In this document: positions 26,019-32,000 of the stretch, piece by piece | Numbering within the stretch: position 1 is the first letter of the stretch | Layout: every line of letters starts with the position of its first letter | Assembly (NCBI GenBank): GCA_028279745.1 | Contig: JANQNC010000001.1 | Location: 900,001 to 932,000, forward strand | DNA: 32,000 bases | Reading direction: 5' to 3' | DNA from: Candidatus Nanoarchaeia archaeon | GTDB taxonomy: Archaea; Nanobdellota; Nanobdellia; Woesearchaeales; JANQNC01 | The notes under the pieces: generated by a model | What the model was told of the DNA's origin: nothing | Database searches by the model: none | The model's input: only the letters and a program-made list of their open reading frames with translations | Program-made: the position numbers and the translations under genes

Positions 26019-27079
26019 AAGAAATAACTAGTAGAGAAGAGTTTGAAAAACTCAGTAATTCTTGGAACATTTTGCTTGCGAAGGGTGAATTTGATGAGAT
26101 TTTTTTGACTTACTCATGGGTTAAATCTTGGTTAGACTCGTTTTGGAAAAACAAGGAATTGTTTTTTATAGTTGTTAAAGAGGGTGATAAAATTGCAGGT
26201 ATAGCGCCTCTGATTATTGTCGAGGAAAAATTTTTTGGAATTAAAAAAAGAGTTTTGAAATTTACGGGTTTGAATGATTCGGACTATAATGATTTTATAG
26301 TTGCTGGAGATAGGCAGAAAGTGATCTCTAAGATCTTTGATTATATTCTAGTAAACAAAAAGAGGTTTGATTTGGTAGACTTGGTCCAAATACCTGAAAA
26401 TTCGTCTACTTTGAAAATATTTCAAGAATATTTTGGGGAGAAAAATGTCAGGGCGCAAATCAGGGTGAAAACTGTCTGCCCCGCCCATGTTGTTAATAAG
26501 GACTCAGACTCTACTTTTAATAAGAAGAGTATAAGGCGGGCAAATAATGCTTTGTCCAAAGTGGGCAAAGTCACATTTGAGAATATTGCAGATGCGCATG
26601 AAGTTGTTAAAAAGTTACCTTCTCTTTTTGAACAACATATTAAGAGGAGAAATCTGCTGGTTGATAAAAGTCTGTTCTTGAAGAAAGAGTCAAGAGGTTT
26701 TTACGAAAAGTTAACCTGGTCTTTACCATCTGGTCAGGTTTTATTTTCGGTTTTGAGATTAAATGATGTCCCGATAGCATACCATTATGGTTTTGTGTAC
26801 AATAAAAAGTTGATTTGGTACAAGCCTTCTTTTGATATGGAATATTATAAGTATTCCCCGGGGATGATTCTTGTTAAAAATCTTTACCAGTATGTTAAAA
26901 AAAATAGTTTGAATGAGCTTGATTTTACTGTGGGTGGTGAGGAGTTTAAGAAAAGATTTGCGAATAAGTACCGAAAGAATATGCGGATTGTTGTTTATAA
27001 CGATTGGGGATTATATATTTTTGAATGTTACTTTAAGAATTTGGCCAAATTTATATTAAAGTTTTTTTCTAAGAAATGA
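26006..27079 (+). CDS. FemAB/CelD/BioF2-like GNAT-fold acyltransferase (paralogue of 3048-4217)
   Basis: EEFEKLSNSWNILL...FLTYSWVKSWLDSFWK...IAGIAPLII aligns by eye with EEFKKLEPIWNTFL...FLTYEFLSVWWEAFGK...LLGIAPLMI of the first copy. The C-terminal LDFxxG motif is shared (LDFLGV versus LDFTVG). Confidence 0.6.
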   Translation: MFSVEEITSREEFEKLSNSWNILLAKGEFDEIFLTYSWVKSWLDSFWKNKELFFIVVKEGDKIAGIAPLIIVEEKFFGIKKRVLKFTGLNDSDYNDFIVAGDRQKVISKIFDYILVNKKRFDLVDLVQIPENSSTLKIFQEYFGEKNVRAQIRVKTVCPAHVVNKDSDSTFNKKSIRRANNALSKVGKVTFENIADAHEVVKKLPSLFEQHIKRRNLLVDKSLFLKKESRGFYEKLTWSLPSGQVLFSVLRLNDVPIAYHYGFVYNKKLIWYKPSFDMEYYKYSPGMILVKNLYQYVKKNSLNELDFTVGGEEFKKRFANKYRKNMRIVVYNDWGLYIFECYFKNLAKFILKFFSKK

Positions 27080-27832
27080 CTAGTATGAGTTTAACTTCAT
27101 ATACGTATTACAATTAGAGTTTCTACTTAGTCTTAAGAATAATCTGCTCGATAGATAGCTTCCAGAGTATCTTGGAATTTTTAAATAACTTTTGCAATGT
27201 TTAAATGATCTTCCTCGGATCGTAAATGCATACTTGAATCCTGCCTTTTTTACTATGTCAGCGAATTTTTTGTTAACTTTTCCTTGGGGGTAGCAAAATG
27301 ATTCGCATTTTTTGTTTGTAATTTTTTCAATTATTTTAGTTGATTTAAGTAGGTCTTTGAGAGTTTCTTCTTTACTTTTATTTAAGAAGTCGCTGTGAGT
27401 GTGAGTGTGAGAACCAATAGTGATTAGTTTGTTTTTTGATAGTTTAATTAAAGATTCTTTTGATATGACTTCTTTTTCTCTATTTTTATTTTTTGAAATG
27501 TCATCTTCAAGCTTTTTCCCTAAATACTTGGTAGGGACAAAGAGAATACAAGGGATTTTGAATTTGTTTAATATGGGAACAACTTCTGTTTTAAATGAAG
27601 CATAAGCATCGTCAAAAGTTAAAAGGATTCTTTTATGCTTTTTTAGTTCTTTAACTTTTGAAGTAAAAATGTAGCCTTTTTTTAGATAGTATTTGAGTTG
27701 ATATTCAAAGAATTCAGGCTTTAGTTTACTTTTTTTGCTTATGTCGTGATACATTAGTGCAAAGGAGTCAGAATCGTTTTTACCAAAGAGGATCAATAAT
27801 TTTATAAGAAGTTTTTTTAATAATTTTTTCAT
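27080..27832 (-). CDS. Polysaccharide deacetylase (NodB homology domain, CE4)
   Basis: LTFDDAYASF (TFDD metal/catalytic motif) and GSHTHTHSDF (H-x-x-x-H). The N-terminus is hydrophobic. Confidence 0.75.
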   Translation of the reverse strand: MKKLLKKLLIKLLILFGKNDSDSFALMYHDISKKSKLKPEFFEYQLKYYLKKGYIFTSKVKELKKHKRILLTFDDAYASFKTEVVPILNKFKIPCILFVPTKYLGKKLEDDISKNKNREKEVISKESLIKLSKNKLITIGSHTHTHSDFLNKSKEETLKDLLKSTKIIEKITNKKCESFCYPQGKVNKKFADIVKKAGFKYAFTIRGRSFKHCKSYLKIPRYSGSYLSSRLFLRLSRNSNCNTYMKLNSY

Positions 27833-27896
27833 TTTATGGGGTGGGGGAGAGTTTTAATTTAAATCTTGCTAATTTATTTATTAACCCTGTGCGGGG

Positions 27897-29177
27897 TTAA
27901 AGATAAGAATTAATATCTGTGCAGTTTGCGAGTTCCCCTCTAAGGTTTTTAGTGATGAGTTCTTTTACTTCTTCTGGTTTGTAGTTTCCTAAAAGCCAAG
28001 CAAGCTTAATGAATGCAGTTTCAGGAAGCATATCCTCTCCAGGGATTACACCCAGTTCTTGCAGATCTCTACCTTTAGAATAAACATCCATATCAACTCT
28101 GCCAAAAGTGCAAGTTGTGGTCATTACGATTATGCATCCATTGTCTGTAAGTTTTTTAATCTCATCTTTGATCTTATCATGAACTTTAGTACAATCATCC
28201 AAAACATCTAAAGGTGTGTGACCAAGGCCCGTACCTTCTATTACAAGACCTTTGTAGTTCTTGTAAGCTGCAAACTCTTCAGGCTGCATGTTGACATGGA
28301 TTTTTAGTAATCCAACTTTCTCTTCAAACTCTGTCTTGGTCTTTATCGATTTGCCTTCACACTTACCTTCTTGTAGAAACTTAACTTCTCTAGTGTCATA
28401 GTCAACTCTTGCAATTGGAGTTACGTTAACTGGTTTGAAAGCATCCCTTCTAGAGCTGTGTAACTTTTTAGTCTTAGCTGCAGGCAGTATGACACATGAA
28501 TTATCATCTGTGTTTTCATGCATACATAAAGCAACACCTTTGAACTTAGTTTTTGTAATGAACTCGGCAGCGCAAATCAAGTTAGATGCGGCATCGCTGC
28601 TTCCTCTATCAGAGCTTCTTTGTGCGCCGACGAAAATGATTGGGATGTTTACTTCTTCGAATACAAATGATAGCGCTGCAGAAGCAACAGCCAAATTATC
28701 AGTACCCATCCCGATAATGATTCCTTTAACGTCTTTTTTTGCTTCAGACTCTATCGCTTTAGCGATCTTTTCAAAATGGCAGAACCTTAAGTCATCAGAC
28801 CACATATTACTGATAAGTTTGGAATCAAAATTAGCAATATCTCTTAGCTCAGGAAACATTTCTAATAGGTCTTCTGGTTCAAACTTTGAAACTACTCCAC
28901 CTGTTCTGTAATCTACTTTAGATGCAATGGTCCCTCCTGTGTGTAAAATTGTAATGTTTGGAAGTTTAGAGTTCTTTTGAATAAGTGTTTTTTTTGTTTT
29001 AGTGTCTTCTGCTTCTTTTGTAACTTCTATTTTCTTTACGTCGTCCTTATTTATGCTGACGTTATAGCCTGACTTAAGCTTAAGAACTACTGTGTTATTT
29101 TGTTCAGGCATCAGAATACCCTTAAAACTATCATCTTTTGTCTCAATAACAACTTCATCTCCGGGTTTTCCAGTCAT
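27897..29177 (-). CDS. gatD: Glutamyl-tRNA(Gln) amidotransferase subunit D
   Basis: N-terminal AD1 domain followed by an asparaginase-like domain with ILHTGGTIAS (catalytic Thr) and GMGTDNL. 426 aa. Confidence 0.92.
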   Translation of the reverse strand: MTGKPGDEVVIETKDDSFKGILMPEQNNTVVLKLKSGYNVSINKDDVKKIEVTKEAEDTKTKKTLIQKNSKLPNITILHTGGTIASKVDYRTGGVVSKFEPEDLLEMFPELRDIANFDSKLISNMWSDDLRFCHFEKIAKAIESEAKKDVKGIIIGMGTDNLAVASAALSFVFEEVNIPIIFVGAQRSSDRGSSDAASNLICAAEFITKTKFKGVALCMHENTDDNSCVILPAAKTKKLHSSRRDAFKPVNVTPIARVDYDTREVKFLQEGKCEGKSIKTKTEFEEKVGLLKIHVNMQPEEFAAYKNYKGLVIEGTGLGHTPLDVLDDCTKVHDKIKDEIKKLTDNGCIIVMTTTCTFGRVDMDVYSKGRDLQELGVIPGEDMLPETAFIKLAWLLGNYKPEEVKELITKNLRGELANCTDINSYL

Positions 29178-29215
29178 AACGGGATATTTGAGGTTTTCTT
29201 ATATAAATCTGTTGC

Positions 29216-29947
29216 TCATAAACCAGTGGGAGAATCAATAAAGACACAAGGAATATTATACTTTTCTTGCACATACTTCATCAAAGCTTTAGGCCCAACA
29301 GTTTCTGTTTTGTAATGGCCAGAGGCAATCAAGTTAAGTTTTCCTTCCTCACCTAACCTGTTATTATCATGTTTAATCTCGCCCGTCAAGAAACAATCAG
29401 TTTTGCCAATGAATGAAGGAATCCTAGAATCACCTCTCCCACTCACGATACTTACAGTTTTTATCTTATCTTTTCCACATTTCCATAATGTAGATTTGGT
29501 CTTTAACTTTTTGTTTATGGAATTCACGAAAGATCTAACTTTTATTGGTTTAGGAAAATGTCCTACAGTAATGTGATTAGTGTGAGAAACTTTACTGATC
29601 CCAAGTATCCTATACAGCTCAGCATTATTCCCTACAACAGGATGTCTATCTAAAGGAAGATGCACACCATATAGACTGATCTTGTTTTTCTTTAGGTAGT
29701 TTACTCTTCTGTTGAAGATGGTGTCTTTTTCCATACCCTCCCACAGTAGACCATGGTGGACTATAACTAAATCACATCCTTTCTTTTTTGCTTTTTGAAA
29801 AACATCAATACATGCGTCAACCGCAAACCCTATTTTTGTAACTTTATCTTTGGATTTTATCTGCAAACCATTTTTAGAAGCGTCTTCAATCTCTTTAACC
29901 TTTAGAAATTTATTCAATTGTTTTGAAAGTTCAGTTGTTTTCATCAT
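29216..29947 (-). CDS. NIF3 (DUF34) family dinuclear-metal-centre protein
   Basis: DLVIVHHGLLW and ASGHYKTETVG are typical NIF3/YbgI motifs. 243 aa. Confidence 0.8.
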   Translation of the reverse strand: MMKTTELSKQLNKFLKVKEIEDASKNGLQIKSKDKVTKIGFAVDACIDVFQKAKKKGCDLVIVHHGLLWEGMEKDTIFNRRVNYLKKNKISLYGVHLPLDRHPVVGNNAELYRILGISKVSHTNHITVGHFPKPIKVRSFVNSINKKLKTKSTLWKCGKDKIKTVSIVSGRGDSRIPSFIGKTDCFLTGEIKHDNNRLGEEGKLNLIASGHYKTETVGPKALMKYVQEKYNIPCVFIDSPTGL

Positions 29948-30248
29948 GGTTGCTAAATTCTAGAGTGAAATTATGATCTATATACTTTCTATTAACTGTT
30001 CTAACCTGATTTTTAATTGTTTCCTTTTTCTTACTTGTTATGTCAGACATTATAACACTTGTAACCAACCATTGGTAGGTGAAGTAGTTTTCTTCCAAGT
30101 TTTCTTGAACCTTGTTTTGAATCAAAGAATAACCAAGTTTAGAAGTAAAATCATACATCTTGTCTGGCTTGCCAAAGATATCTCTGAGCCGCTTATTACT
30201 CTTGGTTCTTACACCTCTTAGAAAGTAGCTTAGATCTTTAACATGCAC
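29931..30248 (-). CDS. Hypothetical protein (105 aa)
   Basis: It fills the gap between CDC48 and NIF3 on the same strand and overlaps the NIF3 start by 17 nt. I recognised no motif. Confidence 0.4.
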   Translation of the reverse strand: MHVKDLSYFLRGVRTKSNKRLRDIFGKPDKMYDFTSKLGYSLIQNKVQENLEENYFTYQWLVTSVIMSDITSKKKETIKNQVRTVNRKYIDHNFTLEFSNHDENN

Positions 30249-30254
30249 TTTAAC

Positions 30255-32000
30255 TTACCCCATGTAAGAAGGTCTGTCTTCCTTCATCTCTTCACCACGA
30301 GCCTTACGGAAGTGTTCACCTAATTCATTGTAAGCTTTCTCAATATCTTTAGTAACAGAAGGTTTAACCTTCTTCAAAGCATCATTAAAATGCTTCATAG
30401 AAATCTCTTTGCTTTTGATATCTTCTCTCAGTGCAGACATAGCTGCTTCTCTACAAACTGCTTCAATATCAGCACCGACAAAACCTTCAGCCTGCTTAGC
30501 CAAATCAATAGGCTTAATATCTTTCAAAGGCATATTTGCAGTATGAACTGTGAAAATTGCTTCTCTGGTCTTAATATCTGGAACAGGAGCAAGAATGATC
30601 CTGTCAAATCTTCCAGGTCTTAACAATGCAGTATCTAAAATATCTGGTCTATTAGTAGAGGCAATAACAATCACGTCATTCATCTCCTCCAAACCATCCA
30701 TCTCAGTCAAAATTTGGTTGACAACACGTTCAGTAACATGACTGTCTTGAGAAAGACCTCTTCTTGGAGCGATTGAATCTATTTCGTCAAAGAAAACGAT
30801 TGTTGGAGAGGTTTGTCTAGCTTTTTCAAACACTTTTCTAACAGCTTTTTCAGATTCACCGACCCATTTACTTAACATCTCAGGACCTTTAACTAAAATA
30901 AAGTTAGCATTTGTCTCGTTAGCAACAGCTTTTGCCAACAAAGTCTTACCAGTGCCTGGTGCGCCGTAGATAAGAACGCCTCTTGGAGGTCTAACACCCA
31001 TCCTCTTGAATGCTTCAGGAGATTTTAGAGGCCAGTCAACAGCTTCCTTAAGCTCCTGCTTTAACTCTTCTAATCCGCCAACATCAGACCATTTTACACT
31101 AGGAACTTCAACTAAGAACTCTCGCATAGCACTTGGCCTAACAACTTTTAGCGCGTTTTTGAAATCTTTAGCCATGATAACAAGTTTTTCTAGCAATTCT
31201 TTTGAGATTGTAGTTTCATCATCTAACTTGATATCTGGAAGTATTCTTCTGATGACAGACATAGCAGCTTCTTTAGTTAAAGCTTCTAAATCAGCACCAA
31301 CAAAACCATAAGTGATGTTAGCAATACTCTCTAAGTTAACTTTTTTACTTAAAGGCATGTTTCTGGTATGGATCTTAAGAACATTTAGTCTTCCTTGTCT
31401 GTCAGGAACACCGATCTCTAACTCTCTATCAAATCTCCCAGGTCTTCTCAACGCAGGATCTAACGAGTTAGGCATGTTAGTTGCAGCAATAACGACAACT
31501 TTGCCTCTACTTTTCAGGCCATCCATCAAAGCTAATAGTTGAGCAACAACTCTCTTCTCAACTTCACCCTTAGTCTCTTCTCTTTTGGATGCAATTGCAT
31601 CAAGTTCGTCAATGAAAATGATCGATGGAGAATTTTTCTCAGCATCCTCAAAAATCTTTCTGATATTCTCTTCAGACTGTCCGTAATATTTTGACATGAT
31701 TTCAGGACCATTGATAACTGTAAAGTTTGCATGTGTCTCATTTGCAACAGCTTTTGCCAAAAGAGTCTTTCCTGTTCCTGGCGGGCCTGAAAGAAGAACT
31801 CCTTTTGGAGGCTCAACACCAAGTCTTTCAAAAATCTCAGGATGTTTAAGAGGTAACTCAACCATCTCTCTAACCATCTTGATCTCGTTATCTAAGCCAC
31901 CAATGTCTTCGTAAGATGTATCAGGGACTGTTTCTTCAGCAACCTCGACAGCTTCGGGTTTGTAATCAATTTCAGTAGATTCAGTAACTATGATCGGACC
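30255..32000 (-). CDS. CDC48/VCP-like double AAA+ ATPase (N-terminus lies beyond the window)
   Basis: Two Walker A motifs (GPPGTGKT and GAPGTGKT), two Walker B motifs (IIFIDELD and IVFFDEID), and SRH regions. The frame stays open upstream of the M at 31877 (…[20 protein letters not shown]) through to position 32000. Confidence 0.92.
   Translation of the reverse strand, partial: GPIIVTESTEIDYKPEAVEVAEETVPDTSYEDIGGLDNEIKMVREMVELPLKHPEIFERLGVEPPKGVLLSGPPGTGKTLLAKAVANETHANFTVINGPEIMSKYYGQSEENIRKIFEDAEKNSPSIIFIDELDAIASKREETKGEVEKRVVAQLLALMDGLKSRGKVVVIAATNMPNSLDPALRRPGRFDRELEIGVPDRQGRLNVLKIHTRNMPLSKKVNLESIANITYGFVGADLEALTKEAAMSVIRRILPDIKLDDETTISKELLEKLVIMAKDFKNALKVVRPSAMREFLVEVPSVKWSDVGGLEELKQELKEAVDWPLKSPEAFKRMGVRPPRGVLIYGAPGTGKTLLAKAVANETNANFILVKGPEMLSKWVGESEKAVRKVFEKARQTSPTIVFFDEIDSIAPRRGLSQDSHVTERVVNQILTEMDGLEEMNDVIVIASTNRPDILDTALLRPGRFDRIILAPVPDIKTREAIFTVHTANMPLKDIKPIDLAKQAEGFVGADIEAVCREAAMSALREDIKSKEISMKHFNDALKKVKPSVTKDIEKAYNELGEHFRKARGEEMKEDRPSYMG

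Noticed and set aside
27395-27411. A GTGA/GT microsatellite-like run (gtgagtgtgagtgtgag).
   Set aside because: It is the antisense of the codons for the conserved SHTHTHS metal-binding motif of the CE4 deacetylase. Coding constraint explains it.
25325-27896. A mobile element or genomic islet between gatE and gatD.
   Set aside because: I found no integrase, transposase, inverted or direct terminal repeats, or att-like tRNA fragment. I report it only as an unusual gene arrangement.
27883-27898. A hairpin, AACCC-tgtgcg-GGGTT, at the 3' end of gatD, considered as a terminator.
   Set aside because: It overlaps the gatD stop codon and is followed on the transcribed (minus) strand by an A-rich tract rather than a T-rich one. 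I do not call it a terminator.

Overview
This is an AT-rich segment (roughly one-third GC by eye) that I assign to an archaeon. The grounds are gatD and gatE (archaea-specific Glu-tRNA(Gln) amidotransferase), a CDC48/VCP-type double AAA+ ATPase, TATA-box-like promoters, and a tRNA gene whose introns sit in bulge-helix-bulge (BHB) motifs. Positions 95-17810 form a tightly packed plus-strand cluster for cell-surface glycan synthesis, with many 1-23 nt gene overlaps. It runs panD, AMP-forming ligase, DegT-like aminotransferase, FemAB/CelD-like GNAT, GNAT, secreted FG-GAP propeller, Wzx-like flippase, GT4, AsnB-type amidotransferase, two more GT4, FkbM methyltransferase and nucleotide-sugar 6-dehydrogenase. 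It ends in a three-gene operon of unknown function: a triplicated DUF4330-like protein, a small membrane protein and a membrane-anchored Cys-rich repeat protein. The strongest non-ORF signal is a GC-rich island at 17855-18131. I read it as a tRNA-Arg(CCU) gene split by three introns, two of which (90 and 96 nt) are paralogous and share a 30-nt hairpin module. Downstream lie a GDE-like glycosidase, an alpha/beta hydrolase, glf with a GT28/MGDG-synthase-like transferase, and a second GT28-like transferase. After these come gatE, a GNAT/FemAB-like GNAT/CE4 deacetylase trio, gatD, a NIF3 protein, a small hypothetical ORF, and a CDC48 gene that runs off the window. I saw no CRISPR array, rRNA, transposase or integrase. 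All protein calls rest on motifs I recognised in the supplied translations; I ran no searches.
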